64,000 nt of DNA from Squalus acanthias. Lineage: Eukaryota. The stretch spans positions 2,728,001 to 2,792,000 of the forward strand of contig CM059433.1 of the NCBI GenBank assembly GCA_030390025.1, read 5' to 3'. Of the stretch, positions 50,163-63,577 are shown in pieces; the first letter of the stretch is position 1; every line of letters begins with the position of its first letter. The notes below the pieces were generated by a model that worked only from the letters and a program-made list of their open reading frames with translations, ran no database searches and was not told the DNA's origin. Position numbers and translations under genes: made by a program.

Positions 50163-51820
50163 GTGGCGAGAATGAGGAACTTAAAGAAATTACTATTAGT
50201 AAAAGAAATAGTAGTAGCAAAATTAATGGGACTAAAAGTCGATAAATCCCAAGGACCGGATGACCTACATCCTAGGGTTTTGAAAGAGGTGACCATTGGG
50301 ATAGTGGACGCATTGGTTGTCATCTTCCAAAATTCTATAGATTCTGGAGCGGTTCCTGCAGTTTGGAGGATAGCAAATGTAACCCCGCTATTTAAGAAAG
50401 GAGGGAGAGAGAAAACAGGGAACTACAGACCTGTTAGCCTCACATCAGTAGTTGGGAAAATGCTGGAATCCATTATAAAGGATGCAATAACTGGGCACTT
50501 AGAAACTAATAGTAAGATTGGGCAGAGTCAACATGGATTTATGAAAGGGAAATCCTGTTTGACAAACCTATTGGAGTTCTTTGAGGATGTAACTAGTGGA
50601 GTAGACAAAGGGGAACCGGTAGATGTGGTGTATTTGGATTTTCAGAAGGCCTTCGATAAGGTCCCACACAAGAGGTTGGTGAACAAAGTTAGGGCACATG
50701 GAATTGGGGTAATATACTAACATGGATTGAGAATTGGTTAACAGACAGAAAACAAAGAGTAGGGATAAATGGGTCTTTTTCAGGATGGCAGGCTGTGACT
50801 AGTGGGGTACCGCAAGGTTCGGTGCTTGGGCCCCAGCTATTCACAATCTATATCAATGATTTGGATGAGGGGACTAAATGTAACATTTCCAAATTTGCTG
50901 ATGATACAAAGCTAGGTGGCAGTGTCAGTTGTGAAGAGGATGTGAAGAGGCTTCAAGGGGATCTCGACAGGCTCAGTGAGTGGGTGAGAACATGGCAGAT
51001 GGAATATAATGTGGATAAATGTGAAGTTATCCACTTTGGTAGAAAAAACAGAAAGGCAGAGTATTTCCTAAATGGTGAAAGATTGGGGAATGCAGATGCT
51101 CAAAGGGATCCTGGGTGTCCTTGTACATGAGTCACTGAAAGTGAAAGTGAACATGCAGGTGCAGCAAGCCATTAGGAAGGCAAATGGTATGCTGGCCTTC
51201 ATTACAAGAGGATTTGAGTACAGGAGTAAAGAAGTCTTACTCCAATTATATAGGGCCTTGGTGAGACCACACCTTGAGTACTGTGTACAATTTTGGTCTC
51301 CTTACCTTAGGAAGGATATACTTGCCATAGAGGGAGTGCAATGAAGGATCACAAGATTGATTCCTGGGATGGCGGGACTGTCGTATGAGAAGAGATTGAG
51401 TAAACTAGACCTGTATTCTCTTGAATTCAGAAGAATGAGAGGGGATCTCATTGAAGCATACAAAATTATTACAGGGCTTGATAGGGTGGATGCTGGGAGA
51501 ATGTTTCCCTTGGCTGGGGAGTCTAGAACCAGGGGCCACAGCCTCAGGATAAAGGGTAGGCCATTCAGGACTGAGATGAGACGAAATTTCTTCACAGAGG
51601 GTGGTGAATCTTTGGAATTCTCTACCCCAGGGGGCTCAGTCATTGGATATATTCAAAACAGAAGTTGACAGATTTCTGACTAGTAAGGGCATCAAGGGAT
51701 ATGGCGATAGGGCCGGTGAATGGAGTTGAGGCAGAAGATCAGCCATGATCTCATTGAATGGCGGAGCAGGCTCGAAGGGCCGAATGGCCGACTCCTGCTC
51801 CTATTTCTAATGTTCTTATG
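50163..51820 (+). mobile_element. CR1 LINE (5'-truncated RT) nested in the Harbinger transposase
   Basis: Frameshifted RT ORFs 50170-51668 and a CR1 tail. It splits the transposase at GWL|...KGYPL. Confidence 0.93.
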
Positions 51821-51971
51821 TAGCCATCCGGAAAGTTGTGTTGGCGGATTGAAGAGCTGAGGCACGGTGGACTGCCGCAGGATGAACGAGTCATGGCAGC
51901 TGCCAGGGAACTTTACGTACACATGCATAATTTTCTTCCTGTGGTTACACACCAGCTGCACGTTAGGGAGT

Positions 51972-53586
51972 TGTAGAATTCGCAATATATCGCGATTTCA
52001 TTAATAAGGAGAAAACACTTAGTTTCGTTCAAACAGCTTTTATTTCAGCAGAATGCTGTCAGGTTTCAAAGTGGACACAAGCAGCTTGTAAAATGGCCGC
52101 CGCACCTCGTGGCGGAACATTCTAGACTTTTCGACAGGCAGACAAGATGGCGTTCCAATAAACATTTGTGCAAGATCGATTAAGATTCAGCACATTGAAG
52201 ATAATACACGAGACATCATGGGTTTACAGTATACACATAAATACTGAAATCGGTCTCCCAGGTACGAATGAAAGCTATTGTACCAAGTAATCAAGAGCCC
52301 ATCCAAAGACATTAATATGTAAAATCCCAACGACTCTACGATGAGAGAGCCGTTAGCGGGTAGTTACAGAAAACACTTGGAGGCCCCAAAACCCCTCCAG
52401 GGAGAACACCGACCGATTAAACAATGGGAGAAATATTAACAGGTACTCAGACATTTACGAGTAGCCCCGAAACCCATTAAAACCGGAGATCACCTATACA
52501 AGACATTTGAGCGCCAAACCCTAACAAAAGGAAAAGACATTAAGGTTGGGCGGGAAACGGAAGATTTTGTACTATAATTACAAGCTCCAACCGTCCATCT
52601 CGCTCTTATCTTCGTATCTTGCTGGTGTTCATCCTCGTGGCTGCTCCTGTGTTTTTGACTCGCCGTCTTGTTCCTGCTTGCCTCGTGTCTCTTTTAAAAG
52701 ACTGTTGAACTTTGTGATCCGCTCGGATCTACCTCGTGTCGTGTCGCGAAGACCTGTGTTGATAACCGGTATCGGAACCAAAGGCCCGAGAAGAGATGAG
52801 ATGAGATGAGATGGGAAGAGACGAAGACCACACTTATTGCCACGGTCAGTAAGCCCCGACCGCGCCTGTAGGTCGAATTGACATTTTCCTTGCCAGGAAG
52901 ACTTCTTCGAACTTTACAGAACGGACACCGGAAGATTCTTTTCTTAAGTATTGACTGGACTTTGAAAACCACCAACACAGATCTTCATGACAGCAGACGT
53001 TCCAGCCTGCTAGCCGGAGCAGAAACAAGTAAACAAGTGGGGCCAGGAGACCCCCTGATCGACACGTGGGTGCTGCGGTGAAAACATCCGATCAGCTATT
53101 CGGAATTTCTCCGAGTTATCACGAGTGGTGAGCATGAGTCTCGAATCCTACGAATCTAGCTTAGGACAGATATTGATAGGGGAGGGTTTCAAGTATTAAG
53201 GATAATTGTAATGTGTGCCCCCATTTACGGTGTGTCGTTCGTTCCTCGTTTCCCTGAAATTAGTTACATAACTGCGTGTGAGATTGTACTGTCATTAATC
53301 TGTGCTTATGACATGTATTTCGTAATCTTAAGTATTATGCAATAAAGATTTTCCATTTCGTACCATTCAACCGAGTCTACCTGAGTTTCATCTCCATTAC
53401 TGCTCTCGCATCTAAGTCCAGTGTCTAGAACCGTAAGAGCGAGTGATTCGAACCACTCACAGGTGTCTAGTGCTCCCAGACTGGCTGGAGACCAGAACAG
53501 GCAACAAGGCCTAACCTCGCACTAGCATCCAGGCTGCACAGAGCCACACGAATCTCACAGGCTGAGAGATGGTCAAAACCCTTACA
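51972..53586 (+). mobile_element. Solo LTR of the provirus family (diverged variant), opposite orientation
   Basis: Reverse-complement homolog of 19626-21240 along its length, with TGTAG...CTTACA ends and TSD GAGT (51968-51971, 53587-53590). Confidence 0.95.
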
Positions 53587-54139
53587 GAGTGGAAGCCCTT
53601 GCGGTTCACAAATACAGCTGGGTTCTGATGGGCTGCCCTGATGGTCACATGTGTGCAGTCGATGACGCCCTGCACCCTTGGGAAGCCTGCCAGATTGGTA
53701 AACCCAACCGCCCGCGCGTTTACACTTCATCCATTGAGAAGTGGATGTAATTGGCCAACTTGCCAAACAGAGCATCGGACCTGCGTTATGCATCTGTGTG
53801 CAGCCGACTGGGCGATGTTGCTGATGTCTGCTGCTGATCCCTGGAAGGACCCTGACGCAAAGAATTTGAGGGCGGTGGTGACTTTGACAGCCACTGGTAA
53901 GGAGTGTCCACCCGCTCCTCTGGGCTGCAGGTCTTGGTGCAGCATTGTGCAGATGTCTGCAACTACCTCTCATAAAAGTCTCAGCCTCCTTTGTCACTCA
54001 ATCAATGTGGAGAGAGGTTATTCCAAGGAGGTCACAGTGCATATAGATCTCACAACACACACCTACAAGCTCAACACACCTGAAATATGTCTTCCAAATC
54101 CTGAAATCAGGAAGTTCTGGCCTTGTTTGAAAATCTGAA

Positions 54140-54490
54140 TAGAATTTTTTGAAGGTGTAACAAAAGAAGTTTTTTTCTGGTAGATAACGGGGATGCAGTA
54201 GCTGTGGTGTATATGGATTTTGATAAGATGTCTTACAGAAGGCTTGTTACAAAAACTCAGAAGTATGGTATAAAAAGAAATTTAGCAGCATGGGTAGAAA
54301 GTTGATTGATGGATGTGAAGCAGAAGGTTCGGATTAATGGGTGTTGCTCAGATTGGAGAAGGATTGAAAATGGTGTACTCCAGGGATCAGTGCAAGGTTC
54401 CATTTTGTTCTCAGTATATAGGTGATTTGGTCTTGGCCATAGGGACCATAGTATTGAAAATTCTTGACGACACAATTGTAGGAGGTGTGC
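54140..54490 (+). mobile_element. Highly degraded CR1 RT fragment
   Basis: Remnants of EFFE.V, VVYMDF and GVLQGSV motifs. Confidence 0.6.
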
Positions 54491-54827
54491 CAAACAGCAA
54501 GAAGGCCTGTAAGCACCTTTGGGTCTGTTCATGACAAGCTATGCCTCTTTTATCTGCTTGTAAATGACACCAATGGAAATAATATCTAATGGAGCAGGGT
54601 GGAATGAATCTGAAGCCTTACACCACCCATCCCATTTGCATGTGCATGCTGGTGAATGGGATGGGTATAAAAAACAGCCCTTCCCATTTGGACTGGGAAT
54701 TTCAGCAGTCTGAAAATGGGGTATAAATTTGATGGAAATGGGTCCTGTCTTAAAACCTGACCATCAAAATTGGTATGTGCTCACACTACATCCCTGCTCG
54801 GATGGATTGCCACCAACCTACCCCAGT

Positions 54828-54935
54828 TAACCAACCAATCAGCACATTGTTCAATCGACCAATCAGCCCATTGTTCAATTAACCAATCAATCAGCCCATT
54901 GTTCAATTAACCAATCAGCCCAATTGTTCAATTAT
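54828..54935 (+). repeat. Short tandem repeat (~22-27 bp x4) containing CCAATCAGC
   Basis: accaatcagcccattgttcaatt repeated. Confidence 0.75.
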
Positions 54936-55844
54936 TTCTCAATGTGCTATTCCTCAATGCAATATCTGCCTCATTGTGGTTTGATCTTATTTTTATCCTT
55001 GAACTTATGCTTTACTAAGTGTTCATTTTTTCCCCTCAGTCTGACTGCAACCGATTAGTTTCTTATTTTGTAGTCTGCACGTTTATTCTCATGCCTCTCC
55101 ATCCCTAGACTATACTGTTTATTGTTTATACTATCCTCGGGTCACACAATTGTTTTCAATTATTTCTGCCTCAGGCTGTACTTACTTCTCTTTCTGAATT
55201 GAATGCCTATTTTGTCACACCATATCATTCCTCTACAGCGGGCAATTCGCATACTTGCTGTATTCCTCTTGTTTTCAACTCGAAGCAGAAGCATTCAACG
55301 TTCACCCTCGCTCCTGCCCATTCCATGCTTCTTCCCATGTCCATGTGATTATCACTCTCATTTTCATCACCATCTCCAGGTGAAGGATTTTTGGACTTTA
55401 CCTGGATTTGGAGTTTGGTTAAAAGAACTGTTAAGCTGACTGTTCAAGAGGGCATGCTGGGAAGGTTGACCAAACTCGAAACGTGTTGTGCAGACAGTCT
55501 GGAAGGCTAGAGATAAGGAGACCTTGAGAGACTGTGGGAAACCATTTTAAACACCAGGTGCTGTTTGGAAGCATCAGTCTGTATAACCGTGCGAAAGATA
55601 GAATGAAAAATTACTGAGAGAGGTTATGATTGTCAGCAAGAATGGTACAAGTGACAGTCCACGAGACTGGCCAGTGCTCAGTGCACGAGTCGTACCAGAC
55701 GAGTGTGATGCAGGATGTCGGTGGATTATTAACCTCTCACCATGCAGGATGTCGGTGGAGAATTGACCTTTCAGTGTTCACAAAGCAGAAGAATTGGCTA
55801 TTCTAAGTTTCAAATTGTACTCTTGATCTGAAGGTTGTATGCAT

Positions 55845-56165
55845 CTCTTCGGCAGCACCTCCCAAACCCGCGACCTCTTCCATCTAGAAGGACAAGGGCA
55901 GCAGGCGCATGGGAACACCACCACCTCCAAGTTTCTCTCCAAGTCACACACCATCCTGACTTGGAAATATATCGGTCGTTCCTTCATCGTCGCTGGGTCA
56001 AAATCCTGGAACTCCCTCCCTAACAGCATTGTGGGAGCACCTTCACCACACGGACTGCAGCGGTTCAAGAAGGCGGCTCACCACCACCTTCTCAAGGGCA
56101 ACTCGGGATGGGTAATAAATGCTGGCCTTGCCAGCGACGCCCACATCCCATGAACGAATATAAAA
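55845..56165 (+). mobile_element. Family-B LINE 3' fragment
   Basis: Matches the 3' end of 9450-10084. Confidence 0.9.
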
Positions 56166-58549
56166 ACATCTCTCTCTGTAAACCTGTACTGTTTTAACTA
56201 TTAGTTAGAAAAATTTGAAGTCTTGGTTGATCTCACCTGTGATTACCCTAAGGAGTTAAAGAGTAAAAACAAATACCTTACATGAGGCCATACCAGTCTC
56301 CTATTTTTCCTTTTTCCCTTTAGCTTTGCTGGTCTCTTGCTTTCAGCTGCAAATATACGTTTAATATTTTTCTACCATCAGCTTGTCTTTTTGTTTTATT
56401 TAATAAGGTTGTACTACAAGTCTTGTTCCTAAAAGCTTGTTTTGGCATTTTATTTTGACCATGTTTTCACTTTTTCTTCCTCGTGCTTTCGATTCCTTGG
56501 CAGTTTATGACATTTGGACAAGACAAATCAGTGTATCAAAATCTTAATGGTATTCTTCTGTCATTGGCACAAAATATTCTTTTTTTCGGTCTTCGCCTTG
56601 TGATCAAACTAGAAATTCCCATGCTTAACGTGTTCAGTGTTTTTATTTCAGAAGTGGATTTTATTTGAAGTTCTATGGGGTTGTAGTTCCTCTGTAGGGT
56701 ATTTGTAACACGTTGCCTACAGTGTTCAAATGAAATTCCACTGTTCGCTGTGTCAACAAAGTTGTTGCCTCATTTAAAATAAACATACATGCATGAAGCT
56801 CCACTCCTCTGACAGCTACGTTTTAATATCAGGAGATCGTGGGCACCAATATCCATGTCCAGGTCATGTTAACATACTCAATCCTGAATTTATAAAGTGT
56901 CCAGGAAAATCAATGGACCACTTGAGCATTTTTTAATCCTGCCTTCACATTGGACTGGAGTTATACTGCACCTGAGGTAAAACTCAAGCAGCTTGAGGTG
57001 GTCTCTTGGGAAGATGTCACAGTACTTGGATTTAATGCCCTCAGGAGTCAAATCAGGATTTGATTTCCAAGTTATCCTGCCACTTTGGCTTCTGCACACA
57101 TCCAAGACTACCTTTTGATGAAAAAGTGACAGTATAACTGTAGTCTTAGTTGATTTCAAGGAGCTTTACTGTATTACTATCCACACTGTCCTAACAAAAA
57201 ATTGACAAAAACACAAGGGGGTGAATGCTCTTCTTCTGTGCTGTAAACTTCTATGGTTCCCTCATACAATCACAGCATTTACCAGAAGTATGAATGCCAA
57301 ATTAGCTATCATGTACAGAAACCATTTGTGCTACGGACTCGTGCAAGGATGGCTAAATTGACATGACCAGGAATCATTTTACTTATGATTTATTACAGTC
57401 ATTAAAAAGTAATCGTGCTATTGCAAAGTGCAAGATTGATTTAGTGCAGGCAGAAAAGGTAGGGGTGAAATTCACTCCAATAAGTCATCATTACGTCATG
57501 GTTTTACTGACCAAATGGATAAAATATCTTGACCGTATGCATGAAGCAGATGTATCTGTGGCCACGGGAACATGTTTGGCTACTATGAACATGTTATGTA
57601 CACTGCTGTTAATCAAAGTGTTTTTTTTGTGGACTTGTGTCGTTTATTATAACTATAGTGCCTCAATAAGCGAACAGCAGGTTGCACCTTCTCACTTAAA
57701 GTGTACGTACTACTGTTCATTACCCAAAGGAAGACAGGACATTGACAATCTTACAATCCCTTACAATCTTAAGCTATTAGGAAATGTGTTCATTTTTTGA
57801 GTGAGCATCTTCAAAAATATTTTAAATATAATTACATATTTTGTTTTCTGTTTAATTAAATGATGCCAATTTTTAATGAGATATCAATACTTGGAACCTT
57901 GACTAGAAGGATTGCCGTGCTGTGCTGATTCTGTGGCATGCAGCCAGACTCAGTCAGTATCTGAAATCCTCTATGTCACTGTTGTCATTAATGTTTCCAG
58001 CGAAGTTCTGGCAATTGAGAAAGCCTGAGAGGGAAATGAAAATTGAATTCATATTAATATGGAAATTATTACAAACAGCACAACATTCTGCAGGTATTGT
58101 GTAACTTCGTCAGCATTCCTAGAATCTACCCATTATGATAACAGGATAATTCATCAAAATTTTAAAGTTTGTTTTAAGAGTGCTTATTCTAACTTAATGC
58201 ACCTTGAAGATTAGGGGCAACTTTACGAATCAGTGTTGTTGCTGGGGTTGCCCCATTCCATCTTCATTCTGGGTCCATCCCAGCATCCCAGTTGCTCGGC
58301 GTTAGGGAGGCCGGTGCCAATGAAATTCAAGGCATGAGAATTCCCTCCCTCCGACCCCAACCCTTCTGGTGTCACAGGTCATGTTTGAGTATACAGAGGT
58401 GTCAACCAAAACAGGCTCCAATGGAAACTCACAGCCTGGCTGGGACACAGCAGATCCAGATCCTGGCCAATGACCCTGTGACCATGCTGCACTCCTGGTC
58501 AACTTACTCAAGGAGTTCACTGCTGGCCCCATGGAAATTCAGGGACGTT

Positions 58550-59081
58550 GGCCGGGATTTTCCTTACCTCGGTGGGTCCGGGGCGGGCGATGTCGGTGGT
58601 GGGTCGCGGCCCCGCTGCTGGCTCCATCCCGCTGTCTAAAATGAATTTACATTGATTGGGCTTGTTAAGCCCCGCCCAGCATGTTTCCTGTGCCAATTAT
58701 AGGAAGCGGGTCTGGTGACGTCATTCATGACACGTCATCAGCCGATTTCCTTAAAGGGACCACAGCCAACTTTCTTTTGGCATTTGTGCTGTCAGTAGTC
58801 TACAGCATTGAGGTGCTGCAAACACTGACAATCACTGCACAGAGGCAGAGGGCTGCACCCAGGCTCTCTCCATATGCTTATGGAGGGAGTCAGAGTGTGC
58901 AGGGAGATCCTCTTCCCTTCCGATGGGTGGAATAGACCTCCCCAGGAGACCAAAACAGCCTGGTTGCACATTGCAGAGGAGGGCATAAGCAGGGATGTGG
59001 TCAGGAGGACCAGGCTGCAGTGGCGCAAACCTTTCAATGATCTCAGTAGATCACAAAGCATTAATACGGAAAGTTCCGGCC
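58550..59081 (+). mobile_element. Internally deleted Harbinger element retaining a Myb/SANT-like DNA-binding domain remnant
   Basis: TIRs ggccgggattttcc / ggaaagttccggcc. ORF 58874-59092 reads EILFPSDG...TKTAWLHIAEE...VRRTRLQWRKPFNDL (Myb/trihelix-like pattern). Confidence 0.75.
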
Positions 59082-59231
59082 ATCGTATCTAACAATTTGG
59101 AGCCAAGAATTACCCTGGCCCCTATTTGTGTTGACATTGTAAATCTATTCAATAAGATTTCCTCGGTTTGTCATTTTGAATAAAATCATAACCTACTTGC
59201 AATTTTACCAGAAATGTCAGAGAGTGAGAAT

Positions 59232-59312
59232 CTGCACAAATGCACTTATGATGTCACTGCACAAATGCATTTATAATGTCACTGCACAAATGCATTTATA
59301 ATGTCACTGCAC
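59232..59312 (+). repeat. 25-bp tandem repeat x3
   Basis: tgcacaaatgcatttataatgtcac repeated. Confidence 0.8.
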
Positions 59313-59859
59313 ATAGTGATAGTGAAATCCTTCCTACACAGTAAGAAAACATTCCCATTGATTTTACATTTCTAATTGTTTTGTCTCTTGTTTTAAAACT
59401 GGATGACCTTGGCACCAGTTAAAATGAAAACGGGTACAGGTTGTGAATTTGAATGATGGAGTGAGGTTGACGGTGCACGTTTGTCTTTTATAGTTTTATG
59501 AGCTTATAACTTTTCTTTTACATTGCAATTGAGTGCCAGCCTGGTACTGTTGGTAGTAATCCTACTTCTGTTAGTTGTGGGTTTAAGCCTCATTTCTGGA
59601 CTCGACTGCATAATCTAGAGTAATGAAATAGTGCATCACTTAGGGCGTGCTATGCGTTTGAGGTGATAGTGTATAAATGGAATGATAAGTTGAGTTTCTT
59701 GCTGCCTTTTCTGGTGAGTCAAGCGGACACTAATGATCCCAGGGCACTATCTGAGAGGAATTCTCTCAGTGTTCAGCCTAACATTTCTCCCACCAGAAAA
59801 ACCCAGATTGACTGGAAAGTCATTTCATTGCTGTGTGCAAAATGGTCTGTCCATTTACT

Positions 59860-60138
59860 TACATAGGGGCAGATGTCGGCCATTCAGCCTCTCGTGCTTG
59901 CCCGCCATTCTATTAGATCATGGCTGATCTGTACCTCACCTCCATTTACCCACCTTTGCTCCATATCGCTTGATACACTTATCCAACAAAATCTACCGAC
60001 CTCAGTCTTGAAAACCCCAACTGTCCCCCAGCAGCCATAGCTTTTTGGGGGAGAGAGTTCCAGATTTCCACGACCCTCTGTGTGAAACATGCTTCCTGGT
60101 TTCACTCCTAAATGGCCTAGGTATAATTTTCAGATTAC
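59860..60138 (-). mobile_element. CR1 3' fragment
   Basis: Reverse CR1 3' UTR and ORF2 end. Confidence 0.75.
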
Positions 60139-61561
60139 AGAACAAAAATCATAGCAGTTCAAAGAAACGTTTTTCTTTCAGACACTTATGAGAGAAGTGA
60201 CACAGTGCTTTTTAAATGCAAGTCTTTCTTCAATGCTACATGTTAAAACAAACATAACTACTCATTTTGGAAATGATCTGTCGAACCTAAGCTTAAAATG
60301 CAAAGAAAAATAATAAAAATACAAAGCAAGATGAATACTATATAAACTAATCACTGAGTGGTGTCATTTTGAATTACAATATTTTGTCAACTGTACAGCA
60401 ATCCTTGTGTTGACTGTGAAAGAATATCTTAAAATACTTGGGCCTAGAAATTAGGCCATGCCTGAATTTGAGCGTGATGCAGTTGCAGTGGCCGCTGCTC
60501 ACGACTGAACAGTCTGATGGCAGGACCATGGGAAATTGGTCCATCGGCTTCATTTGTATATCGCCGCCAGTTGTGGGCGCCGGTGGGGGCCCCAGAGCTA
60601 AATCGCTAGTCGCAGGATGGGGAACGAAATCAACCGGCTAGGACACCGGCCGAGGGCAGCAGGTGAGTCCGGGGGTGGGAGGGGCGTGAGGGGGCGAGTT
60701 AGGGCCAGTAACAGCCGCAGTTTTAATGTGGAGTCAGGAGGAGCACTCCTGCTCCTACTGCCTCCGTATTCAGGTAAGTATAAAAAATCTGACCTTACCT
60801 TTTTGGTGGCAGCCTCCAGCAGTTCCATTGAGGCTGCTGCACACCCAAGAAAACAAACTGCAGCACGCCTGGCATGTGCTGCACTCAGTCCCGACCCAAT
60901 TTGGCAAAGGGGCCAGAAACGGGCATTAGGGCACCCAGCCCCCCCCCCCCCCGCCATTTGCACAGGCAATGGGCTAATGCCTGTTTCAGGCAGGCACCCT
61001 CCACAACTATAACCAATATGGCTTGCGGCACACGTCCGGCACAGACTGAGCGGAATTGATTAGCAGGAGTAAAGTTGAGGATTCTCTGTATAATAATAAC
61101 CTAGTAAACAGCAATCGACAGGGCTTCGAAAGGGAAAAATCCCTGCCTGACCAAACTCCTCAACATCTGGGAGGAAGTGACAACCCAAGTGGACTGTAGT
61201 GTCTCTTGTAGAACACCAGAGGGCGATGCTTTTACCAAACTCCATTGGCGGCCATGGTCAGTGGTTCATGGTCAGAAGTCACGCGGCAATGCTTGAATTA
61301 AAGTGGCAATGCTTCTGAGGTGACATTTTGAGGAGCACTTACGTTTTGTGTACTAAATAATTTCACTGAAGTTAGTAAACACATTAAAAAGGATTTTGCT
61401 TTCCAGAATGAAGAACATATTAATATGGGAAAGCATAGAACGAGGTGAGACCATTCAGCCCACTCCTTTCACAGACCATCTACAATCCTGTCATGGACTC
61501 TACTCACCTCCTTTATTTTTTGAGGAACAGTTCTCAAAATGTCTCCCTGATTTTAACGGTA

Positions 61562-62308
61562 TCAATGACTATCTCCAACAAGCGAGAGTCTAACCACAGC
61601 CCCTTGACATTCAATGGCATTACCATTGCCGAATCCCCCACCATCAACATCCTGGGGGTCACCATTAACCAGAAACTTAACTGGACCAGCCACATAAATA
61701 CTGTGGCAACAAGAGCAGGTCAAAGGCTGGGTATTCTGTGGCGAGTGTCTCACCTCCTGACTCCCCAAAGCCTTTCCACCATCTACAAGGTACAAGTAAG
61801 GAGTGTGATGGAATACTCTCCACTTGCCTGGATGAGTACAGCTCCAACAACACTCAAGAAGCTCGACACCATCCAGGACAAAACAGCCCGCTTGATTGGC
61901 ACCCCATCCACCACCTTAAACATTCACTCCCTCCACCACCGGCGTACCGTGGCTGCAGTGTGTTATCATCTACAAGATGCACTGCAGCAACTCGCCAAGA
62001 CTTCTTCGGCAGCACCTCCCAAACCCGCAACCTCTACAACCTAGAAGGACAAGGGCAGCAGGCGTATGGGACCACCACCACCTCCAAGTTCCCCTCCAAG
62101 TCACACACCATCCTGACTTAGAAGTATGTCGCTGGGTCAAAATCCTGGAACTCCCTCCCTAACAGCACTGTGGGAGTACCTTCACCACACTGACTGCAGC
62201 GGTTCAAGAAGGCGACTCACCACCACCTTCTCAAGGGCAACTAGGGATGGGCAATAAATGCTGGCCTTGTCAGCGATGCCCACATCCCATAAGCGAATAA
62301 AAAAAAAA
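61562..62308 (+). mobile_element. Family-B LINE 3' fragment
   Basis: MTISNKRESNHSPLTFNG...; poly(A) end. Confidence 0.9.
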
Positions 62309-63219
62309 GCACAACTCTGGAACATCGATCCATGCGTATATTATAACCAGAACTCTTAAAAACAACTGGCTGAGGGGAATGTGAGAAATGGTCACCTGAC
62401 CGAGGGAGGGGCAGGTTCTGTATGTGCAGACGTGCATGCTGATGTACCGTAAGTGAAAAATAATATCAGAGTCACTAAATTTCTAATTATCAGGTTATTT
62501 CTACATTACGAATTGGAATAAATATTTGAAGTAACATTATATGGCCCATAGTGTAAAATTCCTGAGGGTCTAGGCTTTGGGATCGTGGACTTAAGGCTCC
62601 TCCGAGCCCTGGGGAGGAGAAGGGGGAAGACTCACAACTCCAGCTTTCCCATGGCCCAGTCCCTCGGGGGTGTTTAAATAGCTTGCTTGCGGCTGGATGG
62701 CATAACTGCACTGTTTCCTGAACCATATCGCTTTAAAGATAATTATATTTAGTTCTCTCTGCTGGCCGTCGGTGATTCCAATATTCCCACAAAGAAGGAA
62801 AACCCACGTCAGGCGCAGAAGGGTATCTGTCTTGTCAGCATCTCTAGTGGCGATTATTGATGGGGATAACCACATTGCAGAGAAACAGAAATGGAGATAA
62901 TCTCTAAGTAATAAATTTTGCTGAATGACCCAGTATCACTGTAAGAAAATGCTCAGCCAGTCTCCTTAAAACATGTGTTCATTGTGGTTTTCCTAATCAG
63001 TAAACGTATTTACATGCTGTTTATTATAAATTACGTATATGCCACCACATGGGACTTAAAGGTGGAGACGACACTAAGCCAGGGAATTTACATTGAGAAG
63101 ATATTTCAAGAAATATAATATCATTAGATTTTTTCCGTCAGATGCTTGAGGGTTTAAAATTAATTTTATTTTACTAGGATTCTATTTCCAACTGTTTTAT
63201 TAGTTGCACATTAACAATA

Positions 63220-63520
63220 ATTGTACTGTGCCAGGAGGATGCTGGGTATCAGCTGGACAGACAGATTGACCAACATTGAAATTGAGAGGAATAGCCTGCG
63301 TGCAGTAACGGAGCATGTTATAGTGAGAAGGTTACGATAGCAGAGCACATGTGTTTTGTGTATAAAGATTATTACCCTCAGAAAGTAATGGAATCCCAGC
63401 TGCGAAAAGACTGAGTGCAAGATGAAAACTGAGATAGTGGGGCTGCGTACTGAAAGACTAGAACGAACAAATGACAAAAGGTGGACAAGTTATGACAATC
63501 GGATGAGCAGGACAGCAAAG
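63220..63520 (+). mobile_element. Very old RTE-like LINE remnant
   Basis: RRMLGISWTDRLTNIEI resembles the RTE ORF C-terminal motif (RxIL.I.WxD.VTN.EV). Confidence 0.4.
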
Positions 63521-63577
63521 CATGAGCGGCAGTCTGATTATGGCAGCTGACTAACTGAGTTTTAATTGAGAGACACT

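Larger units (their letters stand above)
46925..54122. mobile_element. Degenerate Harbinger/PIF transposon with convergent accessory ORF (+) and transposase (-), three nested insertions
   Basis: Transposase motifs on - at 53587-53990 ([28 protein letters not shown]), 51821-51971 ([16 protein letters not shown]) and 49775-50162 ([24 protein letters not shown]). TIR-like ggaagttctggcc at ~54110-54122. Confidence 0.85.

Noticed and set aside
54828..54935. Promoter with multiple CCAAT boxes
   Set aside because: The CCAAT copies arise from a simple tandem duplication, with no CpG island or linked gene evident.
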